Shown here in pieces: positions 1 to 10,400 of a DNA stretch of 14,515 nucleotides; positions within the stretch are counted from its first letter, which is position 1, and every line of letters begins with the position of its first letter. The stretch lies in assembly GCA_043228905.1 (NCBI GenBank), contig JBHGNT010000865.1:1-14515 (forward strand), given 5' to 3'. The notes under the pieces are model-generated. The model was not told where the DNA came from and did not search any database. It saw only the letters and a program-made list of their open reading frames with translations. The translations under genes and the position numbers were made by a program. Source of the DNA: Azolla caroliniana (Eukaryota; Plantae; Polypodiophyta).

Positions 1-2390
1 AAGTGCGTGATGAAGGCCGCTGGAATACCGTCATTATTGTCGTTGTTCTTTTTCGATTTTGATGGTTTCTGCAAGTGTCATTGTTGTTAGCAGGGAACAT
101 TACTTTCTAACATATCAACATTCAAAAGACACATACCCATTCTCTAAATACAATAAAATATTCCTCCAATGCCTTGTAGGAAGAAGTTATCGGGCAGGCT
201 TGTTCAACTTCTTCCCATGTCGGTAAACTCAGTTTTTGCATCATCAACTCCTAAATCTTCATGTATACCTTGTGACTGCACAATCAATATGAAATTAGAA
301 ATAAGATATTCAAAATAATTGAAGACTTTCATGAAAAGGTATACTATAAACACTTACTTTTGCAAGTCTGTTACCATCTCGTCCAAACTAAATTCCTTGG
401 CGACCACTCGAGATAGCACGGATATTAACAATCTATCATCTTTGATACCTTGTAATGATCTCCAAGGTAAAAGTTTCATGTCCTCTGGTAACTCCTCGAT
501 TACCAAGTCGCTTTTTCCCTTGGTCTTTGATTTCATCTCAACTTGTGGATCAATTCTTCCCTTTTTTGATCTTTGCCCCTTGACTTCTTTCCGCTCCCAC
601 ATAGAGAATATTTTGTCTTGGAGATCCCACACCTCTCCGGTCCGAAAAGCTAGTTGAAACCAAGAATCATATTTTCAGAGACCTTCGGATTTCGTACTCT
701 CATCCACTGCAATCCCTACTTCCAATAAACATTGACGTCGCAATCTAGGCCACAATCTTGGACCAAAACGATTCAAGGCATCGAGGTATTCATGATGAAA
801 AAATCTTATCCTCTCTATACATGACATCTTTTGCCTATAATCGTTGTCATTGTTATGGTCCCATGCGAGCAACTTCGCCTCCTCGTGAGTTAGTCCTGCA
901 TATACCTTACATTCGGCGTATTTGAAGAACGGCATGAGAGGATATTCTTTGACAAGCTGTCGTCGAGCTTCGGCCGAATGTGATCCTCCTATTACATAGT
1001 ATGTGTAATCGTCTGCAGAGCTATACTTGAAATCTGCTACTGTTGGGCATTGTTCTTGATCAACCATTACCAAAAATGGCACCACAATAGCGTGAGGATT
1101 GATTTTCATTTTGCTTTTCAGGTTTTGGACATGGACGGAGTGCGGCTCCCTAATTTCCAAGGGACATCTTCCAGTCACGGGGTCAATGGGGGGCCTTTGG
1201 ATAGAAGTAATGGGCAAATGAAATAGCTGGCCCCTGCGCACAAGTTTAGCCTTCACAATACTTTCTCTTATTTTATTTTGTTCTGACGTCAGGACACCAG
1301 AAGATAGTTGTCCGCCTGGAGCCACGACGTTGACTTGTTGGTCGTCTTCTTCTTCCACGAACTCTAATATTTCTTCTTCTTCTTCTTCGGGTCGTGGTCG
1401 TTTAGTATATTTCTTTTGAACAGGATTTGTCTTCCTAGACTTTTTCGGTGGAGTTTCTGCTTCACCGGTCATCATCTCTCCTGTCACGTACGGCCGAAGA
1501 GCTACCAACAATTTATTTTTCGTTTGCAGGTCTTTACGCAAAGCCTTGGGATTGCAAGATTCGGGTACTAGGTTTCCCTCATCAAGTCGCAATCGCCTGT
1601 CGCCAACTGAGCTCGAGACGTCGATTAAAATACATGTAGAATCAATGTCTTCGTACTCTAGCTTGGTTACATGCCCGTAATTAAATGTTTTTCCAAGCTG
1701 AAGTTTCCCTTCCCCGTCCGATTTTGCCGTTATCAATAACAGCACCCCATCCTCCTCGACATAAGAGAGACACCATTCAAGTTCGGGGTAATCCTTATAT
1801 TTCACCTCAACCGTTTTCTCCTCTTGCGTACTACCTTTGTTGATTTTGGTAGTAGCCACAGATGACTTGGATCCTCCTTCCCCCGTTGAGTCAAATAAAT
1901 TCTTTTTACTCGTGTCCTTCATGAAGGAGCCAGAATCTCGTTTTGTCGGAGATCGAATCTTCAATCTAAATGAAGGAACTTTTTGTCTGGGTTCACTGAA
2001 ATTTAAAACGTTGGTAAAAACATAGAAACAAAGTACAATTTCATCTAAATCCCGTAAATTATCATTTAAATTACGTCAATTTTATGGTCCCATGCGATAG
2101 TTTTTTATCGCAAAAACAACATTTTTTTCAACCAAAATCCGATGCACTGCATCGGATTTCGGTTGAAGTCAGGACCTTTCAACCGAAATCCGAACCTTTC
2201 AACCGAAATCCGATGCACTGCATCGGATTTTGGTTGAAGGTCCTGGCTTTCAGAATTGCTTTCCAAGTTCGTTGTACAAAATAAAATAAAATATCTATGT
2301 GTTGAGGAAAGGAATCTTTAAGGAATCTTTAGGAATCTTAAAAAATGTAATGAATATTACTAACCTGACGATTTTCTTTCCCTTGTTCAT
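1..2390 (-). pseudogene. Spliced gene for a ParB/Srx-like domain protein, probably an accessory gene of the DNA transposon; predicted exons 2390-2365, 1995-358, 275-137 and 68-<1; two in-frame stops (675-677, 251-253); 3' end outside the window
   Basis: ORFs 675..1964 and 354..632 are in one frame, separated only by TGA at 675-677 (SEGL*KYDSWFQLAFRTGEVWDLQ). Three GT-AG introns join in phase: 2364-1996 (AG|GTTAGT..TTTCAG|), 357-276 (AA|GTAAGT..CTAAT..TGCAG|) and 136-69 (GG|GTATGT..CTAAC..TTGCAG|). The ParB-like motif series lies at about 795-1200: IREP..HVQNL..PFLVMVD..YYVIGGSHSAEA..VYAGLTHEEAKLLAWDHN. Confidence 0.7.
2127..2245. repeat. Nested palindrome / inverted-repeat array in intron 1, built from five copies of TTCAACCRAAATCCGA
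   Basis: Two 41-nt palindromes (2127-2167 and 2198-2238) of the form TTCAACCRAAATCCGATGCA-C-TGCATCGGATTTYGGTTGAA. There is also a 20-bp tandem duplication (2174-2193/2194-2213) and the inverted pair CAGGACCT (2170-2177)/AGGTCCTG (2238-2245). Confidence 0.9.
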
Positions 2391-2507
2391 GGTTCGTGCC
2401 AGAGGTAGTGCTGTCCACGATGTGCTTCTGAGTGCTCGAAAATTGGCCTGTGCTCTGAGCTCGATGGATTCTTTCACGTGATAATGAAAATGAAATTTCT
2501 AACCTCC

Positions 2508-2514
2508 TTATATA
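2508..2514 (-). promoter_or_regulatory. Putative TATA box (TATATAA) of the ParB-like gene, in the AT-rich divergent intergenic region
   Basis: The minus strand reads CTTCTATATAAGGAGG about 120 nt upstream of the predicted ATG at 2390. Motif match only. Confidence 0.45.
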
Positions 2515-2785
2515 GAAGACTTTAACATTCTTTTTAAAATAAAAAATAATTTTTAATTATTTGTTTTTTAGGAAAATTTCGGAAAATAATATAGTTAATC
2601 TAAGTGTTCGGGTAATTATATAGTTAGGCTTCAGCATTCCTTAATTTTCTCAAAAGAAGGTTTTAGAATACAGTTAGACTCCCTCAAATGTCTTCTTCTA
2701 CAAGTAGAACATCTCTTTTTTCTATTGCCCCCTTTTCATTGTCAGATAACTCGTATTTCTCAATAGAAGAGTAAAACAGAAAAGT

Positions 2786-4092
2786 GTGGCTCCTAGTACT
2801 TCGAATTCTCTGTTTTCAATTGATCCTGTTGATGGCCCTCTTCATGCAAGCTTACAAGCGGACGATTCTTCGTCGATAGATAACAATAGCATTACTAAAC
2901 CTCTAGCATTTAAAAGAGTTCCTCGACAAGTTAGTGAAAAGAGATTTAATTTCTTATGTTCTGATCGTCAACTTCTATGCGACTTGAACAAATCGTGTTG
3001 TGCGAATCTCTGTCTATCAACTTATGGAAAGTCAAGGTTACGTGAAACACGACAAAAATACTTGTCGCTTAATGGGGAAGAGCAAGATACATTTCTTCTT
3101 GTGCATATGCAACTTAAATTGGATCACAAAGCAGGGCCTAATTCAAAGCAAGTTGAATATTTCCTTGGACTATATAACAAGTGTTGTCGAGCAGCTTTTA
3201 AAATCACTCATAGCATTGGAAATATGCGGCTGCAACGAGTTCAAGAGCGACTTGTGAAGGGCTCCTGGGTATAGTTCGATCAAAATGGTTTTGGATGTAA
3301 GGGTCAAATTGGGCAACAGGCAATTAGGTGGATGGAGGTATATTTTTCAAAACAGTGCGAAGTTATGCCAACGACAGGAAGACTTCATTTGTCAGATAAC
3401 TTTACTCGAAGGGAAGTTTACCAATCGTACAAGGACGACATGTCTTCCGATGTTGAGCCTTACATACAGTACAGGCATTTTAATCGACTATGGAGGTTAC
3501 AATTTAATAACGTGGTTATCCCACGAAAGGTGCGAATGGGAGTCTGCTCAATATGTGCGAGTTTAAAAAGTATGGCCAAGGGTGGAAAATCAGATGTAGA
3601 GATCAAGAATTACAAGAACCTGTTAAAAGAACATCGTGAAAGTCAGGCATTGGAATGTACTAAGGCTATGCATCACCGACAAAAAGCGTTTCAATCTCCC
3701 GAAAAGTATATGTGCATGATTATTGACGGCATGGATCAAAAGAAAACTTGTTTGCCGCATTTTCAAAGACTCCCCAAGGATATTGGAGATGAGTGTCTCG
3801 TGCAAATGCATCTAGTGGGTTGTTTGACATACTGTCAAACTATAAGACCGCAAGTGTTCTTAACTTATCCCAATATCCACAACGACCCTAATCTTACTGT
3901 CACTGTCATGCACAGGGTATTGCAATCATGGTCAGGTATACTCCCGCCAGTTCTATATGTGCAACTAGACAACACAGCAAGAGAGAATAAGAACTCAACT
4001 GTCTTCGGCTATCTAAGCATGCTAGTAGAGAGGGGCATATTTAAAAAGATAAAGGTTAACTTCTTGTTGGTTGGTCATACCCATGATCACAT
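2786..4092 (+). pseudogene. 5' part of a Sola-like / DUF7869-type DDD transposase, interrupted by the retrotransposon; true start uncertain
   Basis: ORFs 2786..3274 and 3332.. share a frame across TAG 3272-3274. Motifs seen: Cys-rich N-terminus (SCCANLC..CCRAAF), WMEVYF..VMP..LHL, CSIC, IIDGMDQ (Asp 3725-3727), LYVQLDNTARENKN (Asp 3968-3970) and FLLVGHTHDH. The last ~35 aa of ORF 3332..4198 are read-through into the LTR. Confidence 0.8.
4088..4092 (+). repeat. Left target-site duplication CACAT
   Basis: CACAT directly precedes the left LTR and is repeated directly after the right LTR (13541-13545). Confidence 0.97.
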
Positions 4093-4548
4093 TGTTAATC
4101 GGCTAATTACTAACTACTACCGATACAGAAGAGTGAACGTCGCTACTCAACGTTCTAACAAGGAATTGTGTTTTACGAACAGAAATATACTATATTAATC
4201 GGTAATTACCGTGATCGTTACTTAGTTATAAATTAGGAAGATTGCACTTAACAAAATAGACAATAGAAAGAACACAGAATCCGTACATGATATTCCTAAC
4301 TTAAACTTATATTACTAAATAAACGACCTTTCTTACAATGCCTTCGGTTCCCTTTTATAGGTATACCGAAGGTCTTTTCTCATCAAGAACTATTCCTACT
4401 TACTATCAAGAATTACAAAATTATCTAACTAACTTAGTTCTCTTCGTTCACTGCTGAGTCATCGATCTGAACAGTCGATCCGAACCGACTCCGTTTTCGA
4501 CGCTTTCCCACTTGTTCGGTAAAACTGATTGTCCGGGTCCGGGTAACA
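4093..4548 (-). repeat. 3' LTR (456 bp)
   Basis: Direct repeat of 13085-13540; differs only at 4256, 4461, 4468 and 4529; termini TGTTA...TAACA. Confidence 0.98.
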
Positions 4549-4550
4549 CT

Positions 4551-4591
4551 TGGCACGTCCGTGGGCCAGGACCTTGTCCAGCGAACCCACG
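4551..4591 (-). other. tRNA 3'-half-like element (inverted PBS) at the position where the polypurine tract is expected
   Basis: The element sense strand reads CGTGGGTTCG-CTGGACAAGGTCCTGG-CCCACGGACGTGCCA-AG-[LTR TGTTA]. The + strand reads LTR-CT-TGGCACGTCCGTGGG, which resembles the element's own PBS TGGCACGCCCGGT. No purine run is present. Confidence 0.7.
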
Positions 4592-4592
4592 C

Positions 4593-7061
4593 CTATTCCT
4601 GTAGCTCTTCATCCGAATCGTTCAGAATATCAAAAATCGAACGCTCTTCTGGCCTTGGATGTATTCCATCTATATCTTCCTCTTCATCTTCATCTTCATC
4701 TGTGTCACAGTCGTCATTCGGAGCAGGTTTTGAATGTTGTGATTCGGTTGGCTGCTCTGGTTCACTTCTTCCGGGAGCTTGAAGACCAGGAGTCTTGCTG
4801 GTTCTTTCGGCTTCGATTTTATCCAACTGGACGGAAGTGCCTATATCATTTTTGTCGAATTCTTGCATAATACGTTGAATTTCTTCTCTGTAAAATGCCG
4901 CAATTTCGTCCATATCTTTCATGATATCCTCTTGGATATTGTCAATATCCTTTTGTGCCATTTTAAAAAAACCTGCACCTTGGACCTGACGGTTATTTTT
5001 GTCGGCACGCAATAACTGTAATTCCGCCGCTTGTGCCGTCCATAACTTCCATCCTTGCGCAAGGGATTCGTCGATCATTTTCTTTGCTAGGTTTCGATGT
5101 TTCCCTATGATGTGCTGCACTTTGTCCTTAGTGATGCTTGCGTCGAATTGAGCGGCTTGCAACTCTTTCCGTAAATCCGTAATGGTGGCTCGGTTTTCAC
5201 TTTCAGCCTGTATTAGTTTGGATTCGACTACATATATGTCCAGCCGCCTTTGTTCCGATATCTTCCGGATTTCGTTCAGTTGTTGTTCGAATGCCGATTT
5301 CTCTTTGCTCCATTCCTCCTGTTGTTCCGTAATTCTTCTGTTGACTTCTTCAAGACTCCGCTCTTTTTCTGTCAATTGACTTTCCTGTGACACTATATAC
5401 CTTTCGAATTCCTCAATTTGTTCGGTATATGTATGATTGGCCGTCTTAGCTTCTTCCAGATTTTTCTGTAATTCGTTTATTAATTGATTTTTTTCTTCGA
5501 GAACTTTGTATTGGCCATTCTGAATGGTTTCTATTTGTTTTTCTAATTCTGTAGTTCGAAATACAACATTGTTGGCCCTTGTTATTTCTGCTTGATGTGC
5601 TTTCTCAGCGTCCTCCAATTTCTGCTGCCATTCTGACTCCGACGCCATAGGTCGTGCCTGTGTTTCCCATTTGTTTAGACTTTCTTTTAGTTCTTTATTT
5701 TCTGTCTGTATGTTACAAAACTGACGTTTCAGCACCTCCGCCGATGCTGATACACTTTTGTATCTTTCAGCCATATCACTGGCTGCTTTGCGTGCCTTTT
5801 CATATTCTCTATGAATTTCGACCAGTGCTTCATGTAATGGTGGCATTTCAATAGCCTCCCCTCTATTCTGTGTATTTCTTTTCCGGCCGATTTTCTCTAT
5901 CTCTGCTTTTTCTTGAGGTTCCAACACTCCTCGTAAGGACTTCTGTATCATTATTCGGTCATGATGTTCTTGAGCCAGCCGTTCTGATACTTCTGTCAAT
6001 CTTCTAGCCAACCATTCAACCAGTTCGTGTGAAGTTCCGAACTGTAAAATGGCAGCTAATTCATGTGCTGCTGGTGGAATATCCAAGCACCCATGTGCTT
6101 CCCGAATTGCTACTTTTGAAGATTGTCCTTGTTGAAGTTGTGTCGAAACGCTCTCATTCCCTGGTTTTATTACTTCTGTTACTACAGGCGTATTCGAATT
6201 TTCCTTTGTGCGTTGCCTTTTCGGTGCTGACTCATCACTGTTTTCTGGTTGGAATTGCCGATTAGCCTTTTGTTTAACCCTTGTCCTTTGTCGCATCTTC
6301 TCTGCTTGTTGTCGATTTTCTGTCGGCTGCTGCTTGTTTATCAAATGGTCAACTGTTTCTTGTTCGGCTGCTGGTTGCCTGTTTTCGGAATTCTCTGGTC
6401 TTGGTGGTTCCGACTGAGGCATTTCCGTTTGTATATTATCGGCATGTGCCGATTCTTCCTCTATCCATTCTTCATGTGCTACCTGTCGGTGTCTTCGAGG
6501 TGCTTGTACTATCGGTGGTCTTCTTGACTGAACAGGAGTTTCCGATTCTTGAATCGGAAACAATACCGATAGCCAACGACCAAAAATTTGCTTCATTGGT
6601 TTTCCTGTTTTTACCCCTTGTAGCTGCTCTCTCAGAGCTTCCCCCGACAATAGTGGCCAGTTGAAATCCACTTTTTCGTATGCGGCTATGATAAACCCAA
6701 CCCTTTTTTTCGGCATACAATAAAAACGGGGACTGACAAATCCCACCTCTAGTAAAAATCTAGCCACTTCATGGAAAAACTCATCCCGACCTCCATAAGT
6801 CTGATATGCTTTTGCCGAGGGTGAGTATTCTCCGAAATACGATTGGAGTGCTTCTGATGAAGGTTTTTTAACTGCATCAAAGCCTCCTCTTGGCATCTGT
6901 AATGCATTTCGTATTTTCTTTGTGGTGACCTTGGTGATGTCTAATTGTTGTACCAATTCTTCCGCCTGCGGATGAGGTTCCGCTTCTGCTACTTTGATGA
7001 AACCTTGTAAGTTTCTCTCATGAAGCCACAGTCGCAGTTCTTCAGACACAGGAATCGGCAT
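4593..7061 (-). CDS. Retrotransposon extra ORF in the env position, ~822 aa from ATG 7061 (alternative ATG 7265): N-terminal globular domain, Q/E-rich linker, long coiled coil, acidic tail
   Basis: Uninterrupted frame 4593..7340, in the same sense as pol and inside the LTRs. The C-terminal half is E/K/Q heptad-rich. The N-terminal block (..DFNWPLLSGEALREQL..GRWLSVLF) recalls plant retrotransposon extra-ORF domains. No obvious transmembrane segment is present. Confidence 0.85.
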   Translation of the reverse strand: MPIPVSEELRLWLHERNLQGFIKVAEAEPHPQAEELVQQLDITKVTTKKIRNALQMPRGGFDAVKKPSSEALQSYFGEYSPSAKAYQTYGGRDEFFHEVARFLLEVGFVSPRFYCMPKKRVGFIIAAYEKVDFNWPLLSGEALREQLQGVKTGKPMKQIFGRWLSVLFPIQESETPVQSRRPPIVQAPRRHRQVAHEEWIEEESAHADNIQTEMPQSEPPRPENSENRQPAAEQETVDHLINKQQPTENRQQAEKMRQRTRVKQKANRQFQPENSDESAPKRQRTKENSNTPVVTEVIKPGNESVSTQLQQGQSSKVAIREAHGCLDIPPAAHELAAILQFGTSHELVEWLARRLTEVSERLAQEHHDRIMIQKSLRGVLEPQEKAEIEKIGRKRNTQNRGEAIEMPPLHEALVEIHREYEKARKAASDMAERYKSVSASAEVLKRQFCNIQTENKELKESLNKWETQARPMASESEWQQKLEDAEKAHQAEITRANNVVFRTTELEKQIETIQNGQYKVLEEKNQLINELQKNLEEAKTANHTYTEQIEEFERYIVSQESQLTEKERSLEEVNRRITEQQEEWSKEKSAFEQQLNEIRKISEQRRLDIYVVESKLIQAESENRATITDLRKELQAAQFDASITKDKVQHIIGKHRNLAKKMIDESLAQGWKLWTAQAAELQLLRADKNNRQVQGAGFFKMAQKDIDNIQEDIMKDMDEIAAFYREEIQRIMQEFDKNDIGTSVQLDKIEAERTSKTPGLQAPGRSEPEQPTESQHSKPAPNDDCDTDEDEDEEEDIDGIHPRPEERSIFDILNDSDEELQE

Positions 7062-7368
7062 GACTTCTGTGTTTGCTTGTTCTGAATCACTTGTCGATGA
7101 CAGTTGGAGATCTGCACAGCTTCTGTAGCGATGAAAATCAGAAAAATAGAGTTTGGGCGAGCTAGGGCACGAAGGCTCAGAATGTTTCGAGATCTGCACT
7201 CGTTTCTGTTGCTTTGGTGACACAAAAGATACAGAAATATGCTTTAAAGATATTAACTTATGCATTATGACTAAAGAATAGTAATTGCTATTAATGTAGG
7301 AATTAATTAGTATTAACTCTACGTGTAGTGGTTGTACCACTTACTAATAATCATGCAATTCCTCTTCC

Positions 7369-7429
7369 TATTTATAGTCGATTCAGACTGTTATGGCAAG
7401 ATTCTATTTCTGCATTGACAAGAACTATT
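7369..7429 (-). promoter_or_regulatory. Putative internal promoter for the extra ORF (TATAAATA at 7369-7376 plus two LTR-like upstream motifs)
   Basis: The minus strand has CTATAAATAG. Two CAAGA motifs (+ strand 7397, 7419) mirror the pair upstream of the LTR TATA box (4384, 4407), and the 11-mer CAAGAACTATT is shared exactly. Confidence 0.55.
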
Positions 7430-7440
7430 GAGTGAGTTAG

Positions 7441-7441
7441 T

Positions 7442-7492
<51 letters not shown>
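7441..7492. repeat. (TTTA)13 microsatellite, i.e. (TAAA)n on the element sense strand, directly after the pol stop codon
   Basis: Perfect tetranucleotide run, 4 nt from the TAA at 7497-7499. Confidence 0.97.
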
Positions 7493-7496
7493 TTTT

Positions 7497-10400
7497 TTAT
7501 TCTTCCGTTTGAATAAACGGGTTTACCGGCATATCTCCCAAATACGGTTTAAGCCGGAATCCATTTACCCATTTCGGTAAAACCTCTCCGGTTAATGATC
7601 CCAGCTGATACGTACCATTTTTACTATTAATTATCCATACTGGACCTGTCCATCTATACCGGAGTTTCCCAGGCATAAGTCCCATTTTCGTCTGGAATAC
7701 CAATACCGGTTTCCCAATTTCGAATTGCTCTTCCGATTTCCTTCGATGTCGATTTACGAATGCCTTGATTTGTCTCTGCTTGTGTTCTAGTGCTGACATT
7801 GATTGAATCCGTTCTTCTTCTAATACTAATAAAGCCTCTTTGCGTATCTGCTCCGATTCTATTTCATTTAACTTATTCGTCGCTTGGATACGAAGTGTCG
7901 GAATTTGAAATTCAATCGTCATAACAGCTTCAAGTCCGAATGCCATTCGGAAAGGTGTTGATTTAATGGATGTTTTGTACGAAGTACGATATGCCCATAA
8001 TGCACTATTTAACTTTTGATCCCAATCAGTACGATTTTCATTCACTATCTTCTTTAAAATTGTTTGAATTGTTTTATTTGTCGATTCTGCCAATCCATTA
8101 GCTTGGGGATAGTAAGGCGTACTTTTCTTATGAATTACGGCATAATAATTGGTTAATTCGTGAATTAACTTGTTAATAAAATGAGTGCCTTGATCGCTTA
8201 CCAATTCTATTGGGCAACCGAATCGACACCATATATTTTCATAAAGGAATTTTGTTGTGGATGCTGCTGTATTGTCTCTGAGAGCTTTTGCTTCAACCCA
8301 TTTTGTGCAATAGTCAGTCGCAATTATGATATATCGATTACCGGTTCTTGCAGCTGCTGGTTTGAATGGGCCAACAAAATCTAAGCCCCATTTCTGAAAT
8401 GGCTCAAGAGGTAAAACCGGTTGAAAAGGCATTCGATCCTTTTCGGTCGGTTGCCCCATTCTTTGACATAAATCGCATTTCTTACAGTATTCGTTAGCAT
8501 CTTTCATCACCGTTGGCCACCATAACCCGCTATTCCATATTTTTCTAGCTGTTGCTTGTCCTGCGTAATGACCGCCAGCAATTCCACAATGTGACTCTGT
8601 TAATATGGCTAATTTTTCAAATTTCCGTACTGCCCTTCGCCATATTCCATCCGCTCCTTTATGATACAACATGTCATTAAATAAACAAAAATTTCGACTT
8701 CGTACTGCAATTCTTTTTCTTTCATCTGTCGACATGTGTTCGGCCGGAATTCCTGTTGATAGAAATATCGTCATTTCGGAAATCCATTCATCCTCTTTTT
8801 CCTCATTCATTTCTTGTGCTTTTACTGCCTCAACCCGAAATAATTGAGTATCTGGAAAATCATCTTTAACACCAACCGCTTCTTCTCCAGATTCAAGCCG
8901 ACTGAGATAGTCAGCAATCGCGTGCTGTGCTCCTGGTCGATGTATAATGTCGAATTCAAACTCTTGAAGCAATAACGTCCATCTGGCTAACTTGCCTGTC
9001 AATTCTTGTTTGGAAACTAGATACAGTAGAGCCGAATGATCCACATGAAATGTAAATTTCTTACCCAAAAGGTAATGTCGAAATTTGTTCACACTATATA
9101 TCATTCCCAAAGCTTCTCTTTCGGTTGTTGAATAGTTCCTTTCGGCCGACGAAAGTTTCCTACTGGCATAGTATACCGGCCTATACCAGTTTGGTTCGGA
9201 TAATTGCATTAAAGCACTGCCTATGGCAATGTCCGACGCATCGACGAAAACATGAAATGGTTTGTTCCAGTCCGGTGGTTGGACTACCGGAACCTTTGTC
9301 AGCATCTTCTTGAAACATTCGTATGCATCTTGTTCTATACTTGTCCATATAAAAGGAACTCTGTGTACTGCTGTGTGTAACGGAATAACAATGTCTGCTA
9401 GATATCTAATCATTCTACTGTGCCACCGAATTTGACCCAAAAATCTACTTAGAGCTTTAGCATTTGTCGGTGGTGTTGCCTCAATAATTGCTTTAACTTT
9501 GTCTGGGTCCACTGCAATCCCTTCTTGACTGACAATATGCCCAAGTAACGTACCACTCATTACTCCGAATGCGCATTTGGCTGGATTTAAGCTAAGCCGC
9601 CCTTTTCGACATTTTTCTAAACATAGCCGTAAATGCTCAAAATGATCAGCTTTCCGACTATATACCGCAAAATCATCTAAAAACACCTGCATGAAAGCTG
9701 GAATATATTCCCCGAATATTTCCTGTATTACCCGCTGAAATGTAGCTGGAGCTGTTTTTAAACCGAACATCATTACTACTGCCACAAAGACACCCCATTC
9801 TGTGACAAAAGTTGTCTTTTCCTGATCTTCCGGATTCATCCGTACTTGGTTGTACCCACTGAACCCATCCAAGAAACTATAAATTTCATGTCCAGCTACT
9901 GCATCTAATATCCCATCTGTGAATGGTAACGGAAACGCATCCGTAATTGTCGCTGCATTCAATTTTCTGTAATCCACACATACGCGAATTTTCCCATTCT
10001 TTTTCGGAACTACTACTATCGGACTCAGCCATGTTGATTTTTTGACGGGTCGAATAAATCCTACTTTTAAGAGTTTATCGATTTCTTCTTTTACTTTGAT
10101 AGCATAATTCGGATTCAACCTGTACCTGCGTTGTTGTACTGGCTTTGCATCTTTATGCAAATTGATTTGATATTGACAAAAAGCGGGATCCAGACCTTTC
10201 ATATCGTCAAACGACCATGCAAAAACATCTTTATATTGTAATAGTAATGTTGTTAATGTCCGTTTGTCATTTTCCGCCAAATCTCTAGCAATCAAGACTG
10301 TTTTTCTTTCACCATCCTCTACTCCTGCCAAATTGATCTCCTCTAATGCTGAGTCTTGCACTCTCTGAGATACCTTCATTTCCTTATCTGTAGCTTCTTG

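Noticed and set aside
2127-2245. CRISPR-like array
   Set aside because: The repeats are inverted or abutting with no unique spacers, there are no cas genes, and the context is a eukaryotic intron.
2688-2785. ATG 2688 as the transposase start
   Set aside because: It is in a different frame from 2786 and ends at TAA 2772-2774. A frameshift or intron is possible but cannot be resolved from the sequence.
7062-7340. N-terminal 93 aa of the 915-aa ORF call
   Set aside because: It begins at GTG only ~30 nt below the putative TATA box and reads like AT-rich leader. ATG 7061 (or 7265) is the more plausible start.
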